Source: Acidobacteriota bacterium
GTDB lineage: Bacteria > Acidobacteriota > UBA6911 > RPQK01 > JAJDTT01
Direction of reading: 5' to 3'
DNA length: 64,000 nucleotides
Assembly: GCA_963668095.1 (NCBI GenBank)
Contig: OY764083.1
Span: forward strand, 738,322-802,321
Shown: positions 18,662 through 28,203 of the stretch, piece by piece
Layout: each line of letters opens with the position of its first letter
How positions within the stretch are numbered: the first letter of the stretch is position 1
Translations under genes and position numbers: made by a program
The notes under the pieces: generated by a model
Seen by the model: only the letters and a program-made list of their open reading frames with translations
The model's database searches: none
Told to the model about the DNA's origin: nothing

Positions 18662-19350
18662 CTTGAGGTGGGCTCCTGCTGTGCCCAATAGCGGTCGATT
18701 CTTCGAACCACCGACTCGAACCGATCCAGTGAGATTGACGCTCCAGGCCGCAGGGCCGCCTGTTCTTGGGAGTTGAGAGTCGAACCGCGAATCTGCAGCG
18801 GACTCGCACGATGCAGGAGATTGGCGTTTCCCACCCGGTTCAATACCGTCCGGCCCTTCCGGCTACCCTTTCCGACCCGGAACATCCCCTGGTCCAGACC
18901 CACGGGACTGGTGAGGCCCAACCGGCTGTCGGGATAAAGGAACAGCAGGATTTCCTGGCCGCGGGAAAACTCGGGCAGGCCCCGGATGGCCCCGGCCGTG
19001 CCGCCGCTCAATTGCCGAAACCGGATAGATTCCCCAACCTGCGTTCCCTTGATTCCACGAAGGACTTCGAAGGTGTAGGCCGTGACCGGTAGACCGGTGG
19101 ACGGTTCCCGGCCCGATTCCGCCTGCAGGCATCTTCCCCAGAAGATGCGGTCTGCGGCATTTACCATTTCAAAAAGATTGATGCTATCGACGCTTACGGC
19201 CCCCAGCCGGGAAAACCAAAGCAGCAGAATGGCGGCGATCCAGCAGACCGACAAAGCCAGGGTCCGAGCCCGCTTGGCGCGAGCAGACTCCCGAATCGGA
19301 CCTGCCGCCGCTATCTTGTGTCGGACCCCTTCATTTCCTATGCTGACCAT
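18658..19350 (-). CDS. hypothetical membrane-anchored protein (single N-terminal TM)
   Basis: 230 aa, ATG verified at 19350. TM segment LALSVCWIAAILLLWF. Translationally coupled to the metzincin gene. No family recognised. Confidence 0.45.
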   Translation of the reverse strand: MVSIGNEGVRHKIAAAGPIRESARAKRARTLALSVCWIAAILLLWFSRLGAVSVDSINLFEMVNAADRIFWGRCLQAESGREPSTGLPVTAYTFEVLRGIKGTQVGESIRFRQLSGGTAGAIRGLPEFSRGQEILLFLYPDSRLGLTSPVGLDQGMFRVGKGSRKGRTVLNRVGNANLLHRASPLQIRGSTLNSQEQAALRPGASISLDRFESVVRRIDRYWAQQEPTSR

Positions 19351-19442
19351 GTCGTTAGTCCTGATTCCGTTCTGCTTCGCCCAATTCCATACCCATAGGT
19401 TTTATTACTGATGCATTTGAATGGAGCCGGTTTCAAATTCCC

Positions 19443-20699
19443 ATGATCGAACCTACCCTGGAAGAGACGGCTCAGAGGATCTTTGGAACCGAAGATCCGT
19501 CCGCAGTCGCCCATTGGGTCGAGTATTGGAATCAGGGGCGCGAGCGCAACACCGAGCTGCTCACGGCCTTCGAGGAGGTGTTTCTCCTGGACCTCGGCAA
19601 GCGGCGGGTCCTGGATGCCGGCTGCGGCGTGGGCAGCATGGGGCAAGTCCTCCGGGAGCGTTGCGGCCACTACGTCGGCGTGGATCTGAATCACCACGTC
19701 CTTCGATTCTCGGCCCCGGCGGCCCGGAGATCGTACCTTCAGGCCAGCGGTCTCTCGCTCCCCTTCGCGGGCCGATCATTCGATTGCATCTTCGCTTTCG
19801 ACGTCTTGGAGCACCTTCCGGGGGGACTCCCGGACCAGGTCCGGTTCCTGACCGAGCTGCGGCGCGTCCTCAGACCCATGGGGACCATTCTCTTCACGAC
19901 TCCCAACTTCTGGTATCCCTACGACGCCCATTCCCGCAGCTACTTCGCGCATTACCTTCCGGTGCGGCTGGCCGACTGGATCCATCGGCGCCGCCATCCG
20001 GCTTTCCTGAAGGAGCACGGTTCGACCGCCGATATTCCCCTGCTCACTCCTCCCCGTCTCCGGAAGTGTATCGAGGACAGCGGTCTTACCCTCATGCACG
20101 AGTTGCCCTGCTGCCTGGATCGCGACCAGCTCTCCCAGCTATCACCGCTGAAATCCATCCCCGCGTACCTGGGCTTGGGGTGGTACACCCATGCCGAGTT
20201 CTGGGGCATCCTCTGCCGTCCCGACGCCCGCTCCGGACTGCGTCTGAAGCTCAAGACCCGGCTGGTTCAGTTGGACGGGGACTCTTCCCAGGTCGTGTGG
20301 CGGGACTTCGAATCGAGGATCGACTTCGCGCGGAAATCCTTTTCCCATCAGTTGGACCGGGGCTGGTACGCCCACGAACCGGGGCCCCCGGGTTATCGGT
20401 GGATCGCGGGGGAAGCCGTCTGCTATCTCCAGCTCGGCGGACCCGTCTCGCGCCTCCGGATTCGAGGCTTCAGTCCACAGGGGAATCGCATCCGGTTCTG
20501 GGTCGACGAGATTTGCGTCGGCGAGCATTCGATGCGCCCGAAAAGCAGCTTCGATCTCACTTTTTTTCTTCCTTTCAAACCACCTGAGGACAGGATGGTA
20601 AAGGTTCTTCTCAACTGTGATCGGACCTATCGCCTGGAACAATCAGACGACCGGAGGGACCTGGGAGCCGTCGTCTCGTCCCTGGAGCTGTTGCCATGA
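19443..20699 (+). CDS. class I SAM-dependent methyltransferase with about 230-aa C-terminal domain of unknown function
   Basis: ATG at 19443. Motif I VLDAGCGVGSMG, post-I acidic DLNHH, and FDCIFAFDVLEHL typical of Methyltransf_11/25. The C-terminal half is unassigned. Confidence 0.7.
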   Translation: MIEPTLEETAQRIFGTEDPSAVAHWVEYWNQGRERNTELLTAFEEVFLLDLGKRRVLDAGCGVGSMGQVLRERCGHYVGVDLNHHVLRFSAPAARRSYLQASGLSLPFAGRSFDCIFAFDVLEHLPGGLPDQVRFLTELRRVLRPMGTILFTTPNFWYPYDAHSRSYFAHYLPVRLADWIHRRRHPAFLKEHGSTADIPLLTPPRLRKCIEDSGLTLMHELPCCLDRDQLSQLSPLKSIPAYLGLGWYTHAEFWGILCRPDARSGLRLKLKTRLVQLDGDSSQVVWRDFESRIDFARKSFSHQLDRGWYAHEPGPPGYRWIAGEAVCYLQLGGPVSRLRIRGFSPQGNRIRFWVDEICVGEHSMRPKSSFDLTFFLPFKPPEDRMVKVLLNCDRTYRLEQSDDRRDLGAVVSSLELLP

Positions 20700-23002
20700 T
20701 CGTCAAGTTCCTCTTGTGGCTGGGCCTGTTGCCCGTGCAGTTGGGGCTGGGCCTGCTGCTGATCCTCACGGATCTGGCGCGCCATCTGGGGCTGAGATCG
20801 GCCCGGCGCCCGGGACAGACGGACTCGTCACCGGACTCCGCACTCTGCTCCATCGTCGTGCTCAACCACAACGGAAAGGCATTGTTGCAGGAGAGTCTTC
20901 CCGCTCTGGAACGAGCCGTGGCCTACACGGAGAAACCTCATGAAGTGCTCCTGGTGGACAACGGAAGTTCGGATGCCAGCGTTTCCTGGGTCAGGAATCA
21001 TCTGCCCCGAATCCGCATCCTGGAGCTGGACTCCAATCTGGGGTTCGGTGAAGGCAACAACCACGGAGTTTCGCTGGCACAACACGAAATCGTGGTTCTC
21101 CTGAACAACGACATGGTGGTCGAGGAGGATTTCCTTCAGCCTCTACTGCAACCTTTTTCCGACGAGCAGGTGTTCGCCGTATCCAGCCAGATCCACTTCC
21201 CGCCGGGAAAAAGGCGGGAAGAAACGGGAAACACCCAGGCCCGGATGCACCGGGGTTTCCTCCATCTCTCCCACGAGCCGCTGAGAAAATCCCACCTGAC
21301 GAGAAAGACGCTTCCGGTCTTCTGGGCGGGCGGAGGCTCCTCGGCGTTCCGCCGCTCCCGGTTTCTGGAACTGGGCGGATTCGCTCCCATCTTCTCTCCC
21401 GCCTATCTGGAAGACACCGATCTGAGCTATCGGGCCTGGCGGCGGGGCTGGACCGTCCTCCTGGCCGCCAAGAGCCGGGTCCTCCACCGCCACCGGAGCA
21501 CGAGTTCCCGGCTGTACTCACCCGGGTCCCTGGCGCGACTCCTGGGTGAGAGGAAACTGTGGTACCTGTGGAAGAACTTCCAGCTCAGGACCCTCCTGCC
21601 ACACCTGCTGCTCTATCCCTGGCACCTGGGGAAAGAGCTGAGCCTCGGAGATTATCTCCGGGCGTTCAGGCGGATTCCGCACGTCCTGCGGCTCCGTTGG
21701 AGCGAACCGCGCCGGCGGCAATCGGACCGCGCCCTCATCGACTTCTGCCGCAGACCCTTGACCTACGTGCATCGGAGGGTCGCCCCCCCCACCCGGTCCG
21801 ACTCGCCACCGGACTCTCTCAAGGTACTGGTGGTCAGCGCCTATCTCCCGGTTCTGGGACGCCATGGAGGAGCCGGCCGTGTCTTCCAATTCCTCAGCCG
21901 CGTCTCGGCTCGTCACCGGATTCATCTGATCTCGTTCCTGGAGAGTGACGACAAGTCCGAGGGCGTCGATCAACTGCGCCCCTACTGCACGAGGCTGGAG
22001 TTGGTTCCCCGGAAAGACTTCGAGCCGGTCTCCCCCTTTCCCTATGAGCCCTTCGAGGAATTCAACTGCCCCGATTTCCGCCGCCGATTCGAAAAGGTTC
22101 TGGAAGAAGAGGAGTTCGACCTGGTTCACTACGAATGGCCCCAGATGGCCCAGTACGATGATCTGGTTCCGATCCGGGTGCCCAGGGTCCTCACGGAGAT
22201 GGAAGTCAACTATGCCGCCCACTTCAGCCGCGTTCGCCTCGCGCCCAATTTCTTTTCCAGAGTCAAGAGGCACTACGATACGTTGCAGACCCTGTTCCGG
22301 GAGGTCGGGCTGTGCCGGCGCATGGACCAGGTGGTTTGCGTCACTGCCGTCGACCTCACCTACCTGGAAGGATTCTTGCCCGAAGCGAGACTGAAGGTCT
22401 TGCCCACAGGCGTCGATACCTCCTACTTCATTCCCGGCAAGGGAAAGGTCGAGCCCAAAAGCATTCTCTATGTCGGCGCCTTTCGGCACGAACCGAACGT
22501 GGACGCCATGCTGTTTTTCGTCAACCAGGTCCTGCCACTGCTGCTGGAGGAAATTCGGGAGACACACCTCTATATCGTGGGGTCATCTCCCACGCCGGAG
22601 GTCCTGGCCATGGACGACCACCCGAACATCACGGTTACCGGGTTTGTGCCCGACCTGAGGGAGTATTATGCTCGCGCCCAGGTCGTGGTGGTTCCGGTTC
22701 GTACAGGGGTCGGGATACGAGGCAAGGTCCTCGAAGCCTGGGCCTGCGGCAAGCCGGTCGTCGGAACTCCACTCGCCTTCCAGGGAATTCGCGCCGTCCA
22801 CGGGCAGAACGCCCTCGTTGCCGAGACTCCCGAGGAGTTCGCCACCTGGACCTCGGCTCTCATGAGAAACCCGGCGTTCACCGCTCATTTGGCGGAATCA
22901 GGCCGCCGCACCGTGACCGAACATTACGATTGGGAACCGATGGCTGAACGTCTGGCCGACCTGTACGAGGAGACTGCGCGATTCAAGAGAAGTGGGAACT
23001 GA
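20696..23002 (+). CDS. bifunctional glycosyltransferase (N-terminal GT2 domain + C-terminal GT1/GT4-type domain) with N-terminal TM segment
   Basis: 768 aa; start ATG overlaps methyltransferase stop (ATGA). GT2 features CSIVVLNHNGKALL...LLVDNGSSD...LLNNDMVVE. C-terminal GT4-like Rossmann pair ending with the E-x7-E-like region VLEAWACGKPVVGT. Confidence 0.75.
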   Translation: MIVKFLLWLGLLPVQLGLGLLLILTDLARHLGLRSARRPGQTDSSPDSALCSIVVLNHNGKALLQESLPALERAVAYTEKPHEVLLVDNGSSDASVSWVRNHLPRIRILELDSNLGFGEGNNHGVSLAQHEIVVLLNNDMVVEEDFLQPLLQPFSDEQVFAVSSQIHFPPGKRREETGNTQARMHRGFLHLSHEPLRKSHLTRKTLPVFWAGGGSSAFRRSRFLELGGFAPIFSPAYLEDTDLSYRAWRRGWTVLLAAKSRVLHRHRSTSSRLYSPGSLARLLGERKLWYLWKNFQLRTLLPHLLLYPWHLGKELSLGDYLRAFRRIPHVLRLRWSEPRRRQSDRALIDFCRRPLTYVHRRVAPPTRSDSPPDSLKVLVVSAYLPVLGRHGGAGRVFQFLSRVSARHRIHLISFLESDDKSEGVDQLRPYCTRLELVPRKDFEPVSPFPYEPFEEFNCPDFRRRFEKVLEEEEFDLVHYEWPQMAQYDDLVPIRVPRVLTEMEVNYAAHFSRVRLAPNFFSRVKRHYDTLQTLFREVGLCRRMDQVVCVTAVDLTYLEGFLPEARLKVLPTGVDTSYFIPGKGKVEPKSILYVGAFRHEPNVDAMLFFVNQVLPLLLEEIRETHLYIVGSSPTPEVLAMDDHPNITVTGFVPDLREYYARAQVVVVPVRTGVGIRGKVLEAWACGKPVVGTPLAFQGIRAVHGQNALVAETPEEFATWTSALMRNPAFTAHLAESGRRTVTEHYDWEPMAERLADLYEETARFKRSGN

Positions 23003-23049
23003 GAGGGAAGAAGCCGAAAGCAGGCGGAGACCGTGTTCGCCGCCGCCTC

Positions 23050-23442
23050 CTAATTGAAGGGGTCAGGAGAGGAGTGGAAATGAGTGAGTTTCCATTCTCC
23101 GTTATCCCGCTGATAAATCTCGGTCCAACGGCCCGTCTCCCGCTGGAGCCGCCCCTTGGCCTGATAAGCCATCAGATACTGGGAGGTGATCCATCCGACG
23201 TCACCGCTGAACTCGATCTGGATATTGTCGGTAAGCAACGTTATGTCGTGGACCTGACTGAAGTATTGATGGAGCGTATTCTCAAAGGTCTTGAAGTCGG
23301 AGAAGCGGGGTGGCGGCACCTTTTCGAATACGACCGCCTGTTCGGCATAGACGCCCCTCAACGTCAGCATGTCCTTCTGCTGCCAGCCGCTGACATGCTG
23401 CCGATGCATATTCAATAGAAGTTCTCTTGGGTTATTGCGCAT
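23050..23442 (-). CDS. SnoaL-like / NTF2-like (DUF4440-type) small protein
   Basis: 130 aa, ATG at 23442. Markedly lower GC (about 50%) than surroundings. Fold family call from general NTF2-like pattern (W/Y-rich, about 130 aa, ...EIYQRDNGEWKLTHFHSS). Inferential. Confidence 0.55.
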   Translation of the reverse strand: MRNNPRELLLNMHRQHVSGWQQKDMLTLRGVYAEQAVVFEKVPPPRFSDFKTFENTLHQYFSQVHDITLLTDNIQIEFSGDVGWITSQYLMAYQAKGRLQRETGRWTEIYQRDNGEWKLTHFHSSPDPFN

Positions 23443-23458
23443 AAATTGCTTGCAATAA
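23431..23458. promoter_or_regulatory. inverted repeat TTATTGC-N13-GCAATAA spanning the start codon of the SnoaL-like gene (candidate operator)
   Basis: Seen directly: ttattgcgcataaattgcttgcaataa in an AT-rich intergenic stretch between the SnoaL-like gene and the leuB-family gene. Confidence 0.25.
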
Positions 23459-23532
23459 TACCATATTTTTCGCCTTACACCTAATCTTCCATGGCCGGCG
23501 CGGCCACGGGTCCCGCATCAGTCGTGGATCGC

Positions 23533-24639
23533 TCACTCCGTCAAGTCCATCTCTGCCGCCAGTGCTTCCAATACTTTCTCGGCCATGGCCCGGGTTCCGA
23601 TGGAGTCTTCTCCGGCAGATGCCAGGTCGGCAGTCCGGTGGCCCTGGTACAGGCACGTTTCCACCGCCGCGTCGATCCGGCGGGCGATATCCTCCCGTCC
23701 CAGGGAATAGCGAAACATCAACGCTACGCTGGAGATGGCGGCCAGGGGGTTCGCCTCCCCCCGTCCGGCGATGTCCGGCGCCGTTCCATGGACCGGTTCA
23801 TAGAGCCCCTTCCGGACACCCTCGGCCGGAGCTCCCAGACTGGCGGACGGCAACAGGCCGATGGACCCGGCCAGCACGGCCGCCTCATCACTGAGGATGT
23901 CCCCGAACAGGTTGGTCGACAGGAGCACGTCGAAATGCCCGGGCCGCGAGATCAACTGCATGGAACAGTTGTCCACCAGCATGTGCTCCAATTCCACGTC
24001 CGGAAATTCCTGTGCGACCTCCTCCACGACCGTACGCCAGAGCAGCGAGCTCTCCATGACGTTGGACTTGTCCACGCTGGTGACGAGGCGGCTCCGTTCC
24101 CGGGCCAGTTGGAAGGCGGCTCGAGCGATCCGTTCGATCTCATAGTCATGGTAGATCTCCATGTTGTAAGCGCACCGAACGCCCGCACGCCGCTCTGTGC
24201 CCCGCGGCTCACCGAAATAGATCCCGCCCGTCAGCTCTCGAACGATCATTATGTCGACATTTTCGATGATGGATTTCTTGAATGGGGATGTCTCCAACAG
24301 GGACGGATGGGTTTTCACGGGCCGAAGATTGGTGAACAGCCCCAACTCCTTGCGCAGTCGAAGCAAGGCCTGTTCGGGACGCATCGGGGCGGGATTGGAG
24401 TCGAACCGGGAATCCCCCGCGGCCCCGACGAGTATGGCGCCCGCTTCTCTGCAGGCAGCGAGAACGAAATCGGGCAAGGGGTCGCCGTAGCGCTCCAAGG
24501 CGGTTCCTCCGGCCGGGAAGGTCCGAACTTCCAGTTGCAGTTCGTGGTTCCTTCCGCACCACTTCAGCACTTCGACGGCGGCGGCGATCACTTCCGGACC
24601 GATGCCGTCCCCCGGCAACGCAACGATCACGTGGCTCAT
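23533..24639 (-). CDS. leuB: 3-isopropylmalate dehydrogenase-family (LeuB / isocitrate-homoisocitrate-tartrate dehydrogenase superfamily) enzyme
   Basis: Real start ATG 24639 (MSHVIVALPGDGIGPEV...). Characteristic NLFGDILSDEAAVLAGSIGLLPSASLG block. Exact substrate specificity not resolvable by eye. Confidence 0.7.
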   Translation of the reverse strand: MSHVIVALPGDGIGPEVIAAAVEVLKWCGRNHELQLEVRTFPAGGTALERYGDPLPDFVLAACREAGAILVGAAGDSRFDSNPAPMRPEQALLRLRKELGLFTNLRPVKTHPSLLETSPFKKSIIENVDIMIVRELTGGIYFGEPRGTERRAGVRCAYNMEIYHDYEIERIARAAFQLARERSRLVTSVDKSNVMESSLLWRTVVEEVAQEFPDVELEHMLVDNCSMQLISRPGHFDVLLSTNLFGDILSDEAAVLAGSIGLLPSASLGAPAEGVRKGLYEPVHGTAPDIAGRGEANPLAAISSVALMFRYSLGREDIARRIDAAVETCLYQGHRTADLASAGEDSIGTRAMAEKVLEALAAEMDLTE

Positions 24640-24794
24640 GGTCCATTCTCTCCCGCCTGCTGCCTCGGAACGTAGGGAGACTACCATAGCCCGACGCCCT
24701 TCCGGCGGGTGCTATACTGTGGCGTCTCCGGCCGGATTGCCTGTTCCGGCCGACAGCGATCGGTGACTGAGGCGGGGTTGGACAAACCAGGATC

Positions 24795-25469
24795 ATGGCG
24801 GCCAAGACAACACCGGTGATCAGCCGCGCAATGGAAGATTACCTCAAGGCCATCTATCAGTTGGCCGCCGGAGACTCGCCGGTCACGACCTCCAGGGTCG
24901 CCGCGGCCATGTCTTGCAGGCCGGCCAGCGTGACCAACATGGTCCAGCGGCTTTCCGAACTCAAGCTGGTGGAATACCAGCGCTACAAGGGAGTCCGCCT
25001 GACCCCCGCCGGAATCCGGATCGCACTCGAGATCATCCGGCATCACCGGCTGCTGGAGCTGTACCTGTCCGAGGTTCTGGGCTACACCTGGGACAAGGTG
25101 CACGAGGAAGCGGAAGTCCTGGAGCACGTCATCTCCGAGGAGTTCGAGGAAAAGATCGATCAGGCTCTGGGATACCCCCGAAAGGACCCCCACGGCGATC
25201 CCATTCCCACGAAGAAGGGTGAGATCGACCCGGAACGGCTCGAGCGGCTCTGGGACATGGTCGCCGGACAGGAAACCCGGGTGCGGAGGGTCAGCGACAG
25301 AGACCCCAATGTCCTGCGCCACCTGGCCTCCATCGGCATCTTCCCCGACGTCAAGCTGGATCTGGTGAGGCGGGACCCCTTCAACGGACCCGTCTATGTC
25401 CGGGTCAATGGAGTCGAGCACGGACTCAGCGAGGAACTGGCGCGCCAGATTTTCGTCAGCCTGCCATGA
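24795..25469 (+). CDS. DtxR/IdeR/MntR-family metal-dependent transcriptional regulator with FeoA-like SH3 C-terminal domain
   Basis: 224 aa, ATG 24795. N-terminal wHTH MEDYLKAIYQL...TSRVAAAMSCRPASVTNMVQRLSE. Metal-site residues in helix 4-5 region (HEEAEVLEH). C-terminal FeoA-like domain. Confidence 0.8.
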   Translation: MAAKTTPVISRAMEDYLKAIYQLAAGDSPVTTSRVAAAMSCRPASVTNMVQRLSELKLVEYQRYKGVRLTPAGIRIALEIIRHHRLLELYLSEVLGYTWDKVHEEAEVLEHVISEEFEEKIDQALGYPRKDPHGDPIPTKKGEIDPERLERLWDMVAGQETRVRRVSDRDPNVLRHLASIGIFPDVKLDLVRRDPFNGPVYVRVNGVEHGLSEELARQIFVSLP

Positions 25470-27025
25470 GGGTGCCGCTCACTCCCTTGCGGTTTCTGTA
25501 CCGGGCCAGGGACCAATTCGGGGCCAAGGTCGGCATCGTCGACGGCGCGCATAGCTGGACCTACCGGGATTTTTCCCGGCGCTGTCATCGCCTGGCCGCC
25601 ATTCTCTCGTCCTGGCGGCTTCCGGCCGGCTCCCGGGTGGCTCTTCTCTCGTACAATCAGCACCCGCTGCTGGAGGCCTATTACGGAGTCCCCCTGGCCG
25701 GCTGTATCCTCCTTCCTCTGAATACCCGGCTCCGGGCCGGCGACTTCCGCCACATCCTGAACGACGCGGGAGCGCGGGTCCTCATATTCCATCCGGACTT
25801 TCTCCCCATCGTCGATGAGATTCGCCAAGATCTCCACAGCGTCCGGCATTTCCTGGTTCTGGAGCCCGGTCCACCCCGCGACTGGATCGAACCGATTTCC
25901 TATTCGGATCTGATGGAGACCGTCGAGGGCGCGCCGGCCCGGGACATCGCCGGGATCGACGAGGAGGACGTCGCCGAGTTGTTCTACACTTCAGGCACCA
26001 CGGCTCTTCCCAAGGGCGTCATGCTCACCCATCGCAACCTTTACCTTCACGCCCTGGAGGTATCCCTGGCGCTGGGGATCCGGGAAGAGGACACCCAACT
26101 GCACACCATCCCCCTGTTCCACGTCAACGGTTGGGGAACCCCCCAGTTCCTGACCTGTCTGGGTGGGCGCCACGTCCTCATGAAACGCTTCCACCCCGGA
26201 GAAGCGTATCGTCTGATCCAGGAACATGGCGTCACGTTCTTTTTTCTGGTTCCGACCATGGCCAATTCGCTCCTCAACCATTCCGAACGGGATCGATTCG
26301 ACACCTCTTCGGTCCGGTTGATCAATCTGGGTGGCGCAGCCGCCAATCCCAGACTCGTGGAGCAACTGGAAGATGCCTTCGATTGCCGGTGTGTCGCCGG
26401 CTACGGTCTCACCGAATGTTCCCCCGTGGTGACGCTCTCGTTTCCAAAGAGCCATCTTGCGGTCCAGGGCGAGCGCCGCCTGGCGCTCCAATCCATGACC
26501 GGCTACCCCATCCCCGGCGTGGAACTGGCGCTGCTGGACCCGCAAGGCCGTTCCCTTCCCTGGAACGGCAGCGACCTGGGGGAGATCGCGATCCGGGGCG
26601 ATGGTGTCATGAAGGGCTACTGGGGACAGGCGGAGACGGAGCCGACGGCCGGGAACTGGTTGCGGACCGGCGATCTGGCCACCATCGACCCGGACGGCTA
26701 CGTCCAGATCGTGGATCGCAAGAAGGACATCATCGTCAGCGGCGGCGAGAATATCTCCAGCCTGGAGGTGGAAAAGGTACTTCTTGCCCATCCCGGCGTC
26801 TTGGAGTGCGCCGTGATTCCGGTATCCGACGAGCATTGGGGAGAACTCCCCAAGGCGGTGGTCGTGGCCAGGACTCCCGGCTGCGTCACCCCGAAGGAAC
26901 TCGTCTCCTTCTGCCGGCGCCGCCTGGCCTCCTTCAAGGTGCCTCGGATCGTCGAACTCGTGTCCGAACTGCCCAAGGGAGGAACCGGCAAGATCCTGAA
27001 GAGGGAGCTCAGAAAGCGGGGCTGA
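25466..27025 (+). CDS. AMP-dependent acyl-CoA synthetase/ligase (FadD-like)
   Basis: 519 aa; ATG overlaps dtxR-family stop (ATGA). AMP-binding motif YTSGTTALPKGVML and the C-terminal GWLRTGDLA / VDRKKDIIVSGGENI motifs. Confidence 0.8.
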   Translation: MRVPLTPLRFLYRARDQFGAKVGIVDGAHSWTYRDFSRRCHRLAAILSSWRLPAGSRVALLSYNQHPLLEAYYGVPLAGCILLPLNTRLRAGDFRHILNDAGARVLIFHPDFLPIVDEIRQDLHSVRHFLVLEPGPPRDWIEPISYSDLMETVEGAPARDIAGIDEEDVAELFYTSGTTALPKGVMLTHRNLYLHALEVSLALGIREEDTQLHTIPLFHVNGWGTPQFLTCLGGRHVLMKRFHPGEAYRLIQEHGVTFFFLVPTMANSLLNHSERDRFDTSSVRLINLGGAAANPRLVEQLEDAFDCRCVAGYGLTECSPVVTLSFPKSHLAVQGERRLALQSMTGYPIPGVELALLDPQGRSLPWNGSDLGEIAIRGDGVMKGYWGQAETEPTAGNWLRTGDLATIDPDGYVQIVDRKKDIIVSGGENISSLEVEKVLLAHPGVLECAVIPVSDEHWGELPKAVVVARTPGCVTPKELVSFCRRRLASFKVPRIVELVSELPKGGTGKILKRELRKRG

Positions 27026-27069
27026 AATCACCTGTGCTGCGCCGCAGCACGTTCGATCGGACGGACCCC

Positions 27070-27993
27070 TCAGCCCGAATGGGCCAGATTCTCCAGATAT
27101 TTCTCGGCGTCGATGGCCGCCCGGCAACCCGCCCCGGCGGCGGTGACCGCCTGCCGGTAGACATGGTCGTGGATGTCCCCGGCGGCGAAGACCCCCTCGA
27201 CGCTGGTCCGGGAGCCGCCGTGGACGGAGATGTAGCCGCCGTGGGTCTTCACCTTGTCTCGAAAGGCCTGGGAGTTGGGAGTGTGGCCGATAGCGACGAA
27301 CACTCCTTCCATGGGGATCTGGCTTTCCTCGCCGGTCTTCACGTTTCGGAGCCGGATCGACTCCACCCGTTTCTTTTCCGGGTCCAGGATATCGGTCACG
27401 ACCGTGTCCCAGAGGAAGTTGATCTTGGGGTGGCTCAGGGCGCGGGACGCCATGATCTTTGACGCTCTCAATTCGTCCCGGCGGTGGATGATGGTGACGC
27501 TTTCGGCAAACTTGGTGAGGAAGAGTGACTCCTCCATGGCGCTGTCGCCGCCACCTACGACGGCCACGCGCTGATCCCTGAAGAAGAAGCCGTCGCAGGT
27601 CGCACAGGTCGAGACGCCATAGCCGATGAGCCGCTTCTCCGCCTCCAGCCCCATGAGCCGGGCCGACGCGCCCGAAGCGATGATCAAGGAGAGTGTCCGA
27701 TAGGAGGCCGCTTCCGTTCGAACCGTGATGGGATCGTTCAAATCCGCCTCGACGACGGTTTCCATCCGGTATTCGGCCCCGAAACGCTGGGCCTGTTCCT
27801 TCATTCTCTGCACCAAATCCGGACCGTCGATCCCATCGGGAAAGCCAGGGTAGTTCTCGACCAGCGTGGTCAGCGAGAGCTGCCCTCCCGGTTCGTGCCC
27901 TTCCAGCACCAGGGGAGACAAATTGGCTCTGGCAGCATAGATGGCGGCCGTCGAACCGGCGCAGCCCGAACCCAGAATGATCACCTTGTACAC
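27070..27993 (-). CDS. trxB: thioredoxin-disulfide reductase
   Basis: 307 aa. FAD motif IILGSGCAGSTAAIYAARA, active site CATCDG, NADPH motif VAVVGGGDSAMEE. First codon appears to be GTG (gtg tac aag = MYK). Confidence 0.85.
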   Translation of the reverse strand: MYKVIILGSGCAGSTAAIYAARANLSPLVLEGHEPGGQLSLTTLVENYPGFPDGIDGPDLVQRMKEQAQRFGAEYRMETVVEADLNDPITVRTEAASYRTLSLIIASGASARLMGLEAEKRLIGYGVSTCATCDGFFFRDQRVAVVGGGDSAMEESLFLTKFAESVTIIHRRDELRASKIMASRALSHPKINFLWDTVVTDILDPEKKRVESIRLRNVKTGEESQIPMEGVFVAIGHTPNSQAFRDKVKTHGGYISVHGGSRTSVEGVFAAGDIHDHVYRQAVTAAGAGCRAAIDAEKYLENLAHSG

Positions 27994-28203
27994 GGAATCG
28001 CCCCTCCCTCGCTCATCCGGCGAATTGGTTCATTTTTGTTCCATTCCCCGCCACCGTTTCCCGAAATGGGATACCTGTTTCAGAACGGGGTACGATAAAG
28101 TAACGGATGCTGATACGGCTTGGCAACGGAGTGGCGGCAGCCGGCGGTCGCTTCGAACGGCGTAGCGCGGTTGAGCCGTGTCCATTCAGGGAAGGCTGAA
28201 GCG

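Noticed and set aside
21518-22567. 349-aa minus-strand ORF
   Set aside because: Antisense to the GT2/GT4 glycosyltransferase gene.
23491-24675. 394-aa plus-strand ORF
   Set aside because: Antisense to the leuB-family gene.
25991-27127. 378-aa minus-strand ORF and 443-aa ORF 26131..27462
   Set aside because: Shadow ORFs over the acyl-CoA synthetase and trxB genes.
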